From assembly GCA_000934665.2 (NCBI GenBank), contig JYFJ02001945.1, forward strand, positions 1 to 64,000: a stretch of 64,000 nucleotides of DNA, given 5' to 3'. Both the position numbers and the translations under genes were made by a program. The stretch's first letter is position 1; each line of letters begins with the position of its first letter. This document shows positions 12,621-25,651 of the stretch, in pieces. The notes below the pieces were generated by a model, which ran no database searches, was not told the origin of the DNA, and worked only from the letters and a program-made list of their open reading frames with translations. The stretch comes from Catajapyx aquilonaris (taxonomy: Eukaryota).

Positions 12621-15600
12621 CCTGGTAGGCCAGCACGTCTCTAGCTCTAGAAACTCTCATTCCCCCGTTCTATTTACAGACCACTTGAAACGCTGTCCTG
12701 ATTCACTGAATCCGACGTCATGCGCTCTCTCCCGCTCTAATGGTTACTTACAGAAGAAATATTGCACACTTAATTAGTATTGTATATCAAAGGGAAGTTA
12801 TGCCTAGCAGAATCCGGGACCGCCGAACCATCATTATAATGAATCATCTCTTTGTAGTTATGTGCATATTAATAAAATGTGCATGAGGTATGTGCACTGC
12901 AGAGTCAACACCCTTTCCTGTATATAGGCTATACGACATAAAACACAGAATATATTATGTAATGGGTTGTTTACCCCAGCAATCAGCAAACAGCGATAAT
13001 AAATGAATGTAGTTCTCATTGTTATTCCCATGCGTAAAACGGTTGTGGAGTAAACTGGGGACTTGGACAGTGAACCTCACATGCATGTTCATGAATTATG
13101 TCGAAGGGCGGAACGATGAAAAGTGCACGACAAAATGTGTGAAAGGTCTCCTCACTGCAATGTCAACAACCTCTGGGCGGTATAAATGCAGAAAGTTTCA
13201 AAAAGGGAAATATAATGTCTCATTATGCAGGTATAGCAAGCCTCGGTGTTGTCTGAACTAGAGGTTTTCAATGGGTGACTGTAGGCTGAGTAAAGTAGTT
13301 GCACATCAGGTTTAGTGAACTTAGTTAACTATATAAAAAAAATTGTTTGCAACGTTTGAATGTAACGTCGAAAGTGTTGCTCGAACGTACTACAGTATTT
13401 TCTAGTATTCAAATGCAAAAAATACGCTGTCAGTTTCAATGCTGGTTCAGCCGAAAATGCGTCGTGGAGTATTTTCCCAAGTTGATGAGAAGCTAATATT
13501 TAAAAAACGAACTTTTATTGATTGGAACCGTGCTGAAGAGAGAGGTTCGCTTTGGGCAACCCTTAGGCACGTACGTCGCAGTAGAAAATTCACGCAGCCA
13601 TTTTTTAGAGATGTTGGGTAGTTAACAAAAAGAAGCCAGGTAGGTTCAAACTCGAGAAAAAATTAATTACAAAAAAAAACCACAGTGATTGTGCCTCATT
13701 GAACTACGAAGTGTTCCAAAAAGTGAGCAAATTTCTGAGATAAAATTGGTCTAGAGTTAATTGTGGCAATTTCATTACTCAACATGTGCAAGAGCAATCA
13801 TGAGCAAGCATGAATGTACACTGTACAGTACATCTTCTCAATGTAACACGCACGCAAGCTGCGTGTCAAGCATAATCTAAATTACCATAAGTAAATTGCA
13901 CCTAATTATCTGAAGTAACATAACGTGCCATATACACCGTTCCTCTTGACATTTTAATTACACAGTTGCTTATTATCTGGCCTCTGAAGAACCGAGCGAT
14001 GCGAAGTGTTAAGTTAGAGTGTACTTTGGTGTGCCCACACGCAAGTGCGTCCTTTTCTGAACTTTAATCAGTCGAAGGTAGACCTCGTTGCAAATTCAAG
14101 TTGACAAACTTATTATACGAGAGAGAAGGGATGCGGCCTACATTTTCAGAGTTGGCGGTTGCTTCACAACATGTACCCCAGTTCGTATAGTGCTGAGTAA
14201 ATTCGGTTTGTCACAAGTTAGGGAGGGGTTGCGTGATTGCATATTATCTCAAGTGAATTAAGGCTTCCACCATGAAAAAAATAATGGGAAGCAAAAAGGG
14301 CTCTTTTATGTTTGCCTTTTTGATAGTATATGCGTGGTTTATAGGCTACCCAGAACTTTGTACTGGTCTGGAGTACTTATAAGTTGAGAAAATTGCTCTT
14401 TAATAATGATTGAATCGAATTATTTTGCCTTAACAAAATTATGCAATTGATTCATATAGTAACCACAGATGCAAATTTTCGACCACTCTGTAACAATACA
14501 TTCGCATAATTATCTATTGTTGCATATCATTGCTGTTATCACAGAGGTGCTGGCCAGGGTGAACTTTGCTCGACCCTTTTCTGCCAGTTTTTAGTGCCAT
14601 CGATCTTGGGGCTCCGGCGTAAAATTGTCTCCCTACATTTTTGTTTTAGTTTGAATAATGGAATCACTTCCCTTCCGCTATAGTGCCATTAGTTTTGAAG
14701 CACCGTCCCATTTGTGCTGCGTTGCAACCTGTGAACCGAGTTGAAGGTTGGGTGACAGAGAAGCGGAAAACATATTAATGCAAGGGAGGAGGTTCTGAAA
14801 GTCACCCGATATTAGAGTATCGATGTTGCCTTTCTCCAAAGTGTTAAAAGGAAAGTAAGCCTTTGGTACATCCCTGAAGTAAGAGTGTAGCCCATCGTGG
14901 CATAAATTAATCCCAGGTGATATTTTGTTGGAAAAGCCTCAACTTAGTCCCGTTACAAGTCGTGACATCAAGAAGTAAAAAAAAAAATACATTGATCTGC
15001 CCTATTATGCAGGTAGTTTTAAAAGTGAAACGGATTTCCATCCAAGTGTTGGTTCAAAAAATAGGGCTTAACTTTTAAGGGAGATGCAAACCGAAACGGT
15101 GGAGTATTATAGAGATAGCTATCTCATAATACTATAGAATCCTTAATTTTACCCATAAAGCCCCTGCGGTCAGCATATATAGGAAATGGGGCCATCCAAA
15201 AATGGGCTACTCTTGATTCAGAATGGCGCCTTAATGCCTGAGTCTGAATAATACAGCCATTGTAAGCAAAAATTGTGGGTGGAAGCACTATTACTTAGCA
15301 TAAGTGCTAGATAGATTATGGCTCATGGCGCCTCATTTTTGCAGGCTTAAACCGCTGGTAAGAAATGCGTGCCTAAATAGAGCATAACCTACATGAAATC
15401 TATCTCTGATGATAGAATATTTTGACCTATATATTACTGTGTATAGTATGAAAATTTGCCAGTCTTTGTTTGAATTCGTTGTTAACATGAAAACTTCAAA
15501 TAAATACCGAGCAGACCCGAATGTTCGGCATTGTCTATTTATTAACCTGAATATTGAGTTTGCAGCAAAATCCACATACAGCGTACAGTGCGGATGATGT

Positions 15601-17289
15601 TTACAGTGTGTGTTCTTATTAAAAGTGAGTGGCAGTTCCTGACAAGTGCTGCTGCTGAAAATTTTACAGAGCCCATTTAGTTTAGACGAGGCATAATTTT
15701 CCATAAAGTAGTTGTAACCAGTTGACTTTAGAAGCGCCGGAACATACCGTATTTAGCACAGGGTTTATACGGTCGATAGAGCACTTTCCCCATGAGAATA
15801 TTTTTATTTTTACTTTAGTTCGCGAGCATGCATTCTAGTCGAGTTCGTGTGTCTACAAAGGAGATGAATAGTGAAGCAGTGGTAAATATGACGCAGAATG
15901 ACATTGTGTGCATTAAACACACAATACCTCCAACATGTACAGGACCGATTTGCAAATATTTTAGCAAAGCCAACAGCCATAAATAGGTCGTCCTTTTAAT
16001 GCTTTACCCTAATTAATATATAGTAACTTCTTGTTCGTGGTTATCTTACTGGTATACTATGAGTGTACAAAAACATTGCTGGCAACTTAGGTATTTGCAG
16101 CGCTGATTTATCCGTAAAGCCGTTAAGTTTTTAAAACTCTGCAAAGTTCTTTTTAAAAGAGGTAAGAAAGAATGGAAGGAAGATGGGGAATCGAGGAGGG
16201 GAAAACTACTATAAATGGCAAAGGAAAGAAAGAAAAAAAAAGAGGAGAGAAAAAGTTGGTCAAAAACGAGTAGGAGTTGGAGTAGCGCTAATGCTGCGGT
16301 TCCACTCCCAGATTAGGCCAGGGGATCTTCTCTATCGGCCGGAAAATAATTTATCTCCTCAGCTTGTCTTCTGGGTGGGGTAGAAAGGGGAACATGCCCA
16401 CCCCCCTCCTGCCAACCCAACCCAACCTCCCCCGTTGCCCACCAGAGCGCTGAATTGCAAAAGTTTTTCAGGGTCTCGCGCCAAGCACCGTAAGTGAAAC
16501 GGAGAGAGAGAAAATTCCTCCTACATACACCTAAACCCTTCATGTTCTATGAAATATATAACATTTGGGGATTTTCTCTATGGACAGGCCCGCTGCTCCT
16601 CTCAACTTGCAAGTTTTAGGATATCAGCATGGAGGAGTTAATAAAAAAAGAGAGATAGTTGGCACACTACTGCCGCTCTCAGGAAGAAAGTAGTACTACA
16701 TGCACGTTGGTGATGAGTCACTGAGCCAGACACAGCCAATTACATACCGGTAAAAATTAGAGTGACGTGTAGATGTATCGTTGGGTCATCCATAACTTAT
16801 TTACCGAGATGATCGGAATTAAAAACACCAAACCTATACGTGCTATTTCACTACTAGCTCATTATTTACCACTCTACTCACGGTTATGAAGCGTGTTAAA
16901 ATCAGCGGGACTGTACCAATCCACAGTCGGAATGGGGAAATACTCGTAACATGAGGGACAGTCATCCAGCGGATATTGAGTGCGGTCGCTGTGAAATCAA
17001 CATCACTGTTCATTGCATTATTTGAAATACATGGGGGCAACCGCTCCATATAATTATTAATGTCCATGTGTAATTCGGGTGACATTTCACAGAAGTAACG
17101 GGGCGGGCCATTAATGGCATTACTGTAGGTCCAAAATGCAGGTCGAGTACAAATAATGCCCTATTTATGATTTGCATATTTTACAATGGAAATTTAACTT
17201 ATTTACTTAAGGTCTGCATATGTTCCGTGTATTGTACAATTTTTCAAGTTCCAAGTGCGATGTCACATTAAAACATTTGCTGTAAAATT

Positions 17290-17490
17290 GCAGTCATCAG
17301 AATCACTAAAATATATTACTGCTGAGTAGTTTGTACTATACGATCAAGAGAGACAAAACGTTACTTTCAAGTTGTGCTTAGAATGAAATTGAATAGTTGG
17401 AAAATGATAGCGCGAAGGGAATTTAATGGAAGGGTTCATGTTATTAACCATCAGGTGTATCCTACTGACCTAGTATGCATCGATCGATCT
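17290..17490 (+). mobile_element. Decayed mariner transposase fragment
   Basis: ITKIYYC (17302-17322), then REFNGRVHVINHQVYPTDLVCID (to 17484), resembling the mariner VLxHPPYSPDLAPxD motif. Confidence 0.45.
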
Positions 17491-18592
17491 CGAGCAATTT
17501 TGAGTTCATGCCGGATTTGCAGGATAATTGCAGGCCCCTGTCACCCCTGCAAAAAAAATTTCATTACAACGCATACAAATATGCCAAATTGTAAAACCAA
17601 TCATTGCCGACTCACTTTAGCGCAACAATTTAAACGACAAGTTAATATTTACTTTGCGATTTTGTTCGTAACATGAATACTGATTCAGTGTGTACTGTAC
17701 GCAGCACGGTATGGCTCCGTACATAACCAATTACCCAGTACCAATACCAGGAAGATATTATTTTGTGTTGCCATCAGCGCCTTGGACTGATCTGGATCCA
17801 ATCAAGCTCTAATTGACTGCAAATGCATATTACATTCCGAACCAAGTATGACAGCTGACAAATTGCATTTCGATTGTAACGTCCATATTCAAAAACCTGT
17901 AACTATGGAGGTTGCTGAATTGGAAACAGAACAGGTTTTTAGATCAGGTCGGGCCTTGATGTGAAGATGACTAGACCATCAATAACTCATTTTTGGTCTA
18001 AGAAAATTGTCAATATTTTGGGCTTATCACATTTTTGAAAAATATGTCAGTTTGTACTTGTGTAATGGCGCTTCGTTTATCAAGCTCTTAACTCATGACC
18101 CTAAAATTTCAATTCCAGGGGAAAACGGGCGTTGCGGGATGCATTTGTTTGGACGTCCCCAAATTATTATAACCATAGGAGGATAATTAATTAATTTGCC
18201 TTTTGACTCGGGCAGGTCACACGAGAGCGTGCATCAAATGGTAACGCAGCCTGTTCAACGCGCTGTTGGCCTTTGCGGGGGCCATAGTTTATGCAGGGCA
18301 CAGTTCGTGCTGTTTAGCGATGCTCGTACTGTCACTTTCCCGGGGTACCGACCACCATAGGTACTGTACAGGACAGACTCTAGTTTATTCACAGAGAGCC
18401 TTCCCGGGTAGTTGTCGGTCTCTTTTGTCTCTCTAGTACAGCCTGAACTGAAAGTTTGGTCCAAATTTTGGGGTATATTCGATTATCATTTCTAGCGGGA
18501 TTTATCGTCAGTTTCATATGAGATGTTTATGGGCATTTGCTGGGGGAGAAAACTAGCGCATCTGATGCAATCACGTCACTCACAAACCCAAT

Positions 18593-18645
18593 GGATTCGA
18601 ACCCAGGACCTCTCAAGTGTCAAGCCTTCCCGCCTGACCACCCCC
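18593..18645 (-). mobile_element. tRNA-derived SINE head or tRNA pseudogene fragment
   Basis: Minus strand reads GTGGTCAGGCG (A-box-like)...GAGGTCCTGGGTTCGAATCC (canonical B box / T-arm). No complete cloverleaf or acceptor stem. Confidence 0.5.
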
Positions 18646-18987
18646 TTTCAGGAGACCATGTACCGCAGTCTTCCGGACCAAAAGTCAAGTCATAAATACT
18701 TGAGTCACCTGCCAAGTCCCTGCAAGACAGGTCTTCCCCCGGCCAACAGCTTCCTCTCCCGAGATAATAACTCATTGAGCAAAAACATGGAGCCAAGTGT
18801 ACCCAATCACTGCCTCTACTCGCTGCGTAGAATATATGGACAGTTCAGGTGTGGATCGATAAGTGAATCAGCGTCAGGTGTAGTACAACCCGCCCCATCC
18901 AACCCCACCCATGGAAATGAACTACTCTGTCCGCAACTTTATTTTGCCCCACAGTACAATTTACACATAGGGTACTGTTAGTAGAAA

Positions 18988-19238
18988 TCTACATGAAAAT
19001 CGTAGTGGGGGTGTATGGTTATGCCTTCTGATTGGCCCTCTTTAGATTGTTACCGTGACATTCCCGATTGGCTACAGATCTGCGCATGCGCAATAGGGTG
19101 AAGCCAGCGCCTCTGGTGGGAGGGAGGACCCTCAGATTGTTACCGTGATTTTTCCGATTGGCCACATTCCCGCGCATGCGCATTGTGGTGTAGACAGCGC
19201 CTCTGGTGGGTGGGAAGAGGAACTATCCATTTGACAGC
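18988..19238 (+). mobile_element. Dispersed repeat family copy A (Helitron-like) with an internal 90-bp tandem duplication
   Basis: Starts A|TCTAC. The unit AGATTGTTACCGTGA...CCGATTGG...GCGCATGCGCA...CAGCGCCTCTGGTGGG occurs at 19044 and 19134. Homologous to 44450-44634 (-), 51518-51602 and 4493-4566. Confidence 0.75.
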
Positions 19239-19340
19239 TGCTGTCGGAGCATCATCATCGCTCCCCACTACCACACCTACAGTATGTGTGCTTATGATTG
19301 TTTATATTGCAGATACGGCCTTTTTCCTTCTCTTTCGCAG

Positions 19341-19504
19341 ATATGGCTTTTTCCCCCTGCTAGGTGCCCTCCTGATCTCCATCGTAGGTAGCTGGCATTA
19401 TCGATGCGTGGATGCTGATGCCGTACGCGTGTGGCAGGCCCCGCAGCTGCATTTTCCCTCCCAACCCACCCACCAGGAGGCTCCCTGCCCCCTGGATCCC
19501 CATT
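19341..19504 (+). CDS. Candidate internal coding exon with a signal-peptide-like segment (unidentified secreted or membrane protein)
   Basis: Strong acceptor TTTTTCCTTCTCTTTCGCAG| and donor |GTGAGT. The 164-nt exon is open in one frame (phase 2 to phase 1): YGFFPLLGALLISIVGSWHYRCVDA-DAVRVWQAPQLHFPSQPTHQEAPCPLDPH, with a hydrophobic core and a V-D-A cleavage-like site. No homology recognised. Confidence 0.5.
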
Positions 19505-19541
19505 GTGAGTCGTCCCCGCTCTGCTCCCTCCCCTGCCTGGA

Positions 19542-19545
<4 letters not shown>

Positions 19546-19581
<36 letters not shown>
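19546..19581 (+). repeat. (GA)18 microsatellite
   Basis: Direct reading. Confidence 0.95.
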
Positions 19582-19584
<3 letters not shown>

Positions 19585-19859
19585 GGGGGACCAATGAGAG
19601 GGCTCGGCATCCGGAGCCGGTGTACGCGGTCCGTGTACTCGAGCGCGCGGGACGTACTCTATCGACTCATTCAGGTGCGGGATGCCAAGCTGCTGGTGCA
19701 CCGAGCCTGCGTGCATCACGCCGCCGCCGACGATCCGCTCCTCTCCAGCCCCAGCCCGGCTTCCACCCACCGTCATCGCAGTGCCCAGCTGCGGCCCAAA
19801 GGGACTAGACCTGCTGCCACCCTGCTGCCGCTGACCCTAGACCAGCCACTCAGGTCAGT
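19546..19859 (+). promoter_or_regulatory. Candidate promoter and first exon (GAGA tract, CCAAT, Inr, splice donor)
   Basis: CpG/GC-rich island. CCAAT at 19591-19595, initiator-type TCATTC at 19667-19672, donor CAG|GTCAGT at 19853/19854. Confidence 0.5.
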
Positions 19860-21219
19860 TGCGTTTTGAAGCGTTAAGTACACGCGGTACCGCGCGGCCG
19901 CAACGTGCCAGGGGGCGCCCATTTCCACAATCTGAACGGTGATAATCCGATCCTCGACAGTTGGTAATTTAATGTCACTTGCGCCTATTTGTCGGGGGGT
20001 AACAGAATGTGTTACGTTATCACCTGTTACCCCTGGAGGACCTCCATATTTCAGCGTAGGCTTTTGCAGCTTTGGGCTCGTTTTATCTGGATATAAAAGA
20101 GTCCGGGGTGAAATTGGGTGGGCTGTGTGGAAAGTTCGTATATGGGGAGAGGCGGAAAAGAAATGGAAGTTCAAATGATTGACGAGCTTCACGGGAGTTA
20201 TGAAAAGTCGTCAGAACACGCACAAAACCTGGGCCTTTTCTTAGACGGGGCTTCATACGCTCGGAACTTTCAGTATGTACTGATGACCGTTAGCTAAAGT
20301 TGGATAATGGTAGGTAGCACGTTGTGCTTTAGCATCACAGTTTAATGTGCGCTGCAAGAAATTCGATCATGTGACACAAAAATTATAATATTGAATTCAC
20401 GGTTTTGTTGAAACACTGTTGCATTGTACTTTAAAAAAATATTGCTGTGCAGCTATTCCCATATGAATATAAGGAAATAAATTAAAGAACAGTTGGAGCA
20501 ATAAAATTTATATGAAGTGTCTGATTATTATGTACTGAGACCGACATAATATTTTCGGCTTAATTTTAGCTGATGTACTTGGCTGTAACGAAGTTACAAA
20601 ATTCTGCATGAATATCGCATGATTTGGAGTTTAAATGTTGGCTTTTTAAAACTACTGATTTAATAACCGCAATCATATATTATATTAAACAAACGATTTG
20701 TCTAGGATAGGTTATGGTTTTTCAGGATTTGACAAATTGTGATTATTACATGTGTGCCTTTTTATTCAGGGTACGTTGTGAATTGCTTGCGAATTTTGAT
20801 TGAAGTATCACTTCTTAAATAGTGAGATCTTGTATTCGTATATGACATCAACACTACACTTACTGTTAGTAAAAATAAGTCATTTTGTAAAAAAAAGAGG
20901 TGCCCATTCTAAGCGCGTATTCGTGTGTCTGGTGGAGGAAGGAGACCTGCAAGATGTAAATTATTGCTCTACTCCAGTACTGTACTACGAAAACATGCAG
21001 TACAGTGAAAAAAATTCTCCATCCTAAAAGGATGGGCTCGAGTCAAGCAGTCTCATTAGACTCAGTGCTTTCAGCATGGAGCTGCTAGACTTTAAATGAG
21101 AAAAAGGAAGGAGAAAAAAACACACTCTACTTTCTTATAAACATGTTGCTCAAAAAGCATTCAGAATTTGTCATTAAAAAAGCAAGAAAGGCAGCTCCAC
21201 TTGCATTACAATCGGAATT

Positions 21220-21600
21220 TAATAAGTTACCTGCAATATACTATGTAAATTATTGCCATATTACCTTCATACTGTCGAGCAAGAGTTTCAGGCACGTATA
21301 ACTTACCTATCCTGAATGGATTATAACTCTAACCTGCACATATTGCTATCAGACTTTACAAAAAAAAACTGCAATTGAAATTTTTCAGTACCATGTATTC
21401 TTACTGTAATTTTGTGGCAAGTTAATACAGTGACATGTCCGAAATTAAATCATTAATATCCGAGATTCATTTCCTGTTTTTCTGTCTCTGTCAATAGATT
21501 AATTCATAAATGGATGTTCTACAGTGCTGCCTGCTTTATCGTGAGCGGAACTACTTGCGCCTTTGAAGCGATATATTGCATTATATTTTGCATGTGTACC
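21220..21600 (+). mobile_element. Decayed mariner transposase C-terminal half
   Basis: AIYYVN (~21234), PAHIA (21333-21347, cf. DNAPAH), IEIFQY, YSYCNFVAS*YSDMSEIKSLISEIHF (21396-21473, cf. YSPDLAPSDYxLFxxLKxxLxGxxF), then KW...LKRY. Confidence 0.6.
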
Positions 21601-22449
21601 GCTTTTGGATTGAAATCAGAGTGAGAGGCGCGCATTTTAGATGAATAGTCGCGGATGAATAGGATTTATAACGTTTTGAAGCCAAATGTGCATAAAAGTG
21701 CCTCAACTGAAATTATCACATGACGCTGACTCAAAGTCGGCCGCTCTCTTGTGTACTACAGTAGCAATTATTGCACGATATAGACAAACGTGCGAACACT
21801 CTCACAGCTCGTTTGACAAGAATTTGAACAGCCTGGGGAGGTAAAAAGATGCTTATTTTCATCAGGGATTCGATCCGTAACTATTCGGATTTTTCATGCG
21901 TACAAAAATTTTCTTTATAGACGTTTACAGCTAGCGTGTTTGGTTAGGAATTCTCAGTGCTCTCCAATAGACACATTCATGATTCTCTATCAAACTTTAG
22001 TATGTGCAGAGCAATTGACTCTCTTTCCTCTAGGTCCTTGTACTCTGTGCCACGCCACTTGCTGCATAGTCCCTCACATATATAGGCTGCAGTGCATACA
22101 CTGTATAGTCTATAGTGGCGTTATGTGCTGGAAAGAGGGGGACTGGGGAGCATAAAAGTTGGGCCCACCTTTGGGCCCTGGTCGTAATAAACCAACGAAC
22201 AAATATGATTTTATGAGTTATCTGCATCAGGGAGTAATCTAGTTAATGCGCACTCACAGTGTAATGATATAAACACGGATGAGCCAAAAGATAACTGCAT
22301 TAAACAATAATTATGGAAACTACATTAGTTAAATATTTTCTTGCTGGTGAAGTGTAGGCGTAATACTTGCAACCAGGCTAATAAATAAACCTGCAAATGT
22401 TTGCGAATCTAATTTATTGTTACATTCCATCCATTCCAGTAAATAGCGT

Positions 22450-23030
22450 TGTTTGCATTACAAATTCGAGTATACAGTAACAATTGTAAACGGTTGCAGG
22501 AAACCAGTGGTTTGTTTATAGCCAGTGTTTAATATTTTATTGCTGCTTGACTGGGCCAAACATTTACGACATTTGCCATTCCTGTATGTAAAAAATTGAA
22601 CAAGCGCAGTGCTCGACCGACAGTTGTTGTAAATTGTTGATATGTTGTCTATCGTGCAGTAGATTCTCCGGGTTTCGACTGTTTGCAGAGCAGGACACGT
22701 TTCACAAACAGTGACACGCGCAGTCAACAGGATCATAAAATTATTCAACATTTTGGTCATTTGGAGTAATGCCGTCATTTTGGGCTCAAAATATTATTCA
22801 CTGTCGAAAATATCAAAAATATTGCCAGTCCTCACATTTTTGTTAATCCCTCCACTTGTACTGTACATATTTGGAGCTTTCATTAATCATTTAATTTTAC
22901 GGTAAATCATTAATTAATTTGCTTTCCTACAACCTGGCCTTTAATAATTAATTTAACATAATGATAAGCTTGTGACCATTGTTTTTTTTTTAAAAAAACG
23001 ATGAACTAAATTTTGAAACACACCCTGATA
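22450..23030 (-). mobile_element. Possible Tc1-like element 5' remnant
   Basis: Minus-strand TIR-like end TA|TCAGGGTGTGTTTCAAAA (23011-23030) lies ~250 bp upstream of ORF 22458-22778, which weakly resembles a Tc1-type N-terminal HTH (MIL...TRRIY...STIY). Confidence 0.35.
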
Positions 23031-23389
23031 TGACATACTGCATAGAAGCTGCTTTCCAAACAAAGTGAGTTTATATACCTCTGCGTAATAGTTACCATGT
23101 TTTATGATTTGTCACCCAGTAGGTCTGTCGTAAGTAACAATGACAGGCAGAGAGAGAAAAAAGAGGTATGAATTATTTACCACACCCTTCGTGTGAGAGG
23201 TCCGTGAGAAATGAAGACAGATGTGCTGGAAAAATACGGCGTTGGGAAACTCTGCTTTTACAATGGCACGTTCGAAAGCTGTTTTGGACATACTTCATAG
23301 TTAGTTAAGATAAAAATGAACTCTGTGAGACGAATTCTACTTTGTAATGCGTACAGGCGTGCTTACAATGTTACACAGAAACTCTTCTC

Positions 23390-23950
23390 ATTCCGAAAGA
23401 TAATAATTCAGAGGCCAGTCATATTTATAGGCGTATGCTATCAATTTATGGTACTATAAAACGTGACGCTCTGAAACACATTCCATTCATCAACAAGAGC
23501 GCAAGTTTAGAGGATTGTCAGATGTACAACATGGTATTTTTCATTATAAATTATAGATATGACCACAGGAACTACTGACCTTCTTGACATGATCTACACA
23601 CCATATTTCTGAGAGCCAAAGCACTTGATGGGTCATACATTACAAGCAATGAGTTTAGAAATATGTCAGCATTATTTCATTCACCGGAATAAGCAGGCCG
23701 AGCGATGCGAAAGGGACGTGTATACGCATTATGAAAATAATGGATTGCACCGCACTGAGCAGTACATCATATAGAGAGATGTTGCACAAATATCTCTGTG
23801 GATTAATAAAATACTATCACAATAGTTGTGAGGGATAGCCTGAACCTCTTGAGTGCCACCTACCGCGCGGTCAGGTTGCACCATTTTTGAGGATAATATT
23901 GTTACAATTGTTGCAATAGCATTGGAGTGACGGACAGATGAAATATTATT
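23390..23950 (+). mobile_element. Decayed mariner transposase N-terminal half
   Basis: ASHIYRRMLSIYG (23414-23452, cf. AxEIHRRxxxVYG of the mariner HTH), RKFRG-LSDV (from 23500), WI near 23740 (cf. WVP), and SI-VT-DE (23918-23942, cf. IVTGDE, the first catalytic Asp). Confidence 0.6.
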
Positions 23951-25651
23951 TTTACCTAGTCCATGCTTACATAAGCAAAATGTTGAATACGAACATATTG
24001 CGTTAACATAAAAATAAAATATAAAATGTATCTAGTCACTTTATCTAGTTGACCATAAGAAATTAAATAGCAGAGTTTGATTCTGCGAAAATAGGATGCC
24101 GAAGACAAAAGTCGACTGATTTGTCTGAAGTTGGGTACTTCAGGCAGAACAAGTTGCAGTGTTTCGTCCTAAATGATCAACCGGATCAAAGCTTATAAGG
24201 GCTGAAGGCCGCCCTTCTTTCTTCTTATTTTAAGTTAGGTGCAATATTAAATTTTAAGTTGCTCTTTGAAAGTTACCGTGCTGCTTTGACTCAGCACACG
24301 AAAGGAGCTCGCTACAACACTGGCCTTTTAGAGAAGAACCCAATCTGGAATTTCATAATTAACGTACAAGGCTCATTCGACAAATAAGGGATTGTATAGT
24401 TTTCAGCTGTACCGATTCAAAATTGCATGTTATAAAAATTCATATAATCATACAATATTTTTGGGACATCCAGTCTGTTACCAATGCCAGACATTTTAAA
24501 TTTTTAAATTGATTCAGAAAGCACTTATGTGTAATAATAATTTATCTATCACTTTTTGACACATGTCTTTGCTTGTAATGCACATTTTTTTAACGCAATG
24601 AAAGAGAAAGAAATTTTTCTACCTTATTCAACGTATGATAAAAGTGCATCATACTGCTACACACGACAATAATCGTCCACCTTTTTATACGTACAGGTGA
24701 TGGAGTCTCACCCAGGGAATTGTAATCATTAAGGGTCAATCTCAAAAGGGAATCACGTAGTCTGAAGCTGATTGCAGGCAACAAAACGATGACTAAGCGA
24801 AACACAACCATTGGGACTATTACCAAGTCAGAGGAAAAGGGGGATCAGTTTACAAACGATCGTCGAAAGTGCTCGAGCCCATTTTTCCCTCCTTTCCTTT
24901 CCTTTCCTTCTTTTTTTTAAACTTTCTTTCTTCTCTCTCTCTTTCTCGGAGAAGTCTATGGGATGTATAAGGAAGAAAAGAGCATCTATTGGCCCCGACG
25001 GCCGCTTGGAATTACAGCTGCAGACCGGAGAAGTTGTCTTGGCGAGGCCTCTTCTTATTAGGAAGCCATAAACGGAGGCTGGGAGGCAGTTCCGCACTTT
25101 ATTAGCTTCGCAATCTTGGCCAAAGTTGTGGATCAGGAAGAGGGGGGGTTTAGAGGAAGAGGAAGAATTGGCGTTGGGGGGGTTTGCGAGAAGGAAATGG
25201 GGGGAGATTTGGCATAGGCCGAAAGCGTGATTCTGGTGTCTAATGGGAGACAACAAGTTGAATCATGTGCTACTAAATATTGACAAGGATGTGGACCCAG
25301 GATCTCTTATAATATATATTTTTAGAGGGAGAACTTGTTTCATCGGAGGGCTGCAGCTGGGATGACGGGGAAAAGTCCAAAGCTGGGCTTGATCGCCATG
25401 CCAGTTCGCAAATGGCCCGAGGGGGAAATACGTGCATTTACTGATGATGGGCAGGGATTTTCCAAGCTATAGACGTCAATACCAATACTGTCGCATTTTA
25501 TAGGATTTCAAGTGCGCGCATGGCGATTTATTGTTTCCGCGCCATATGCAGTGGGCCTTATACAGTGGAATGGGATTGATGGAAACGTTGGAATTTATTT
25601 ATGTTGTTTGCTGGGAGGGTGTGCTATTAGGATAATTTAAGCTGTAGCTTT

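Noticed and set aside
13330..13660. Possible Tigger/Jerky N-terminal relic (KMRRGVFSQVDEKL...W)
   Set aside because: Only one weak motif resemblance; not enough ordered motifs to call.
14681..14938. ~86-codon ATG-less minus frame with ISPG...DG..SY (Merlin/IS1595-like) and LISGDFQ (LINE endonuclease-like)
   Set aside because: Two incompatible weak matches suggest chance; needs an HMM search.
15333..15704. 123-aa minus ORF faintly like a Tc1 N-terminal HTH (IFRL...TFGS)
   Set aside because: Resemblance too weak; no catalytic motifs seen.
19183..19869. Longest ORF (228 aa) as a single-exon gene
   Set aside because: It starts in a repeat, runs through a splice donor and a (GA)n tract (ERERER), and is GC-rich. 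Only 19341-19504 looks exon-like.
24980..25071. Cadherin-repeat-like peptide GPDGRLELQLQTGEVVLARPL
   Set aside because: Lacks LDRE/DxND motifs and runs into a stop with no splice donor.
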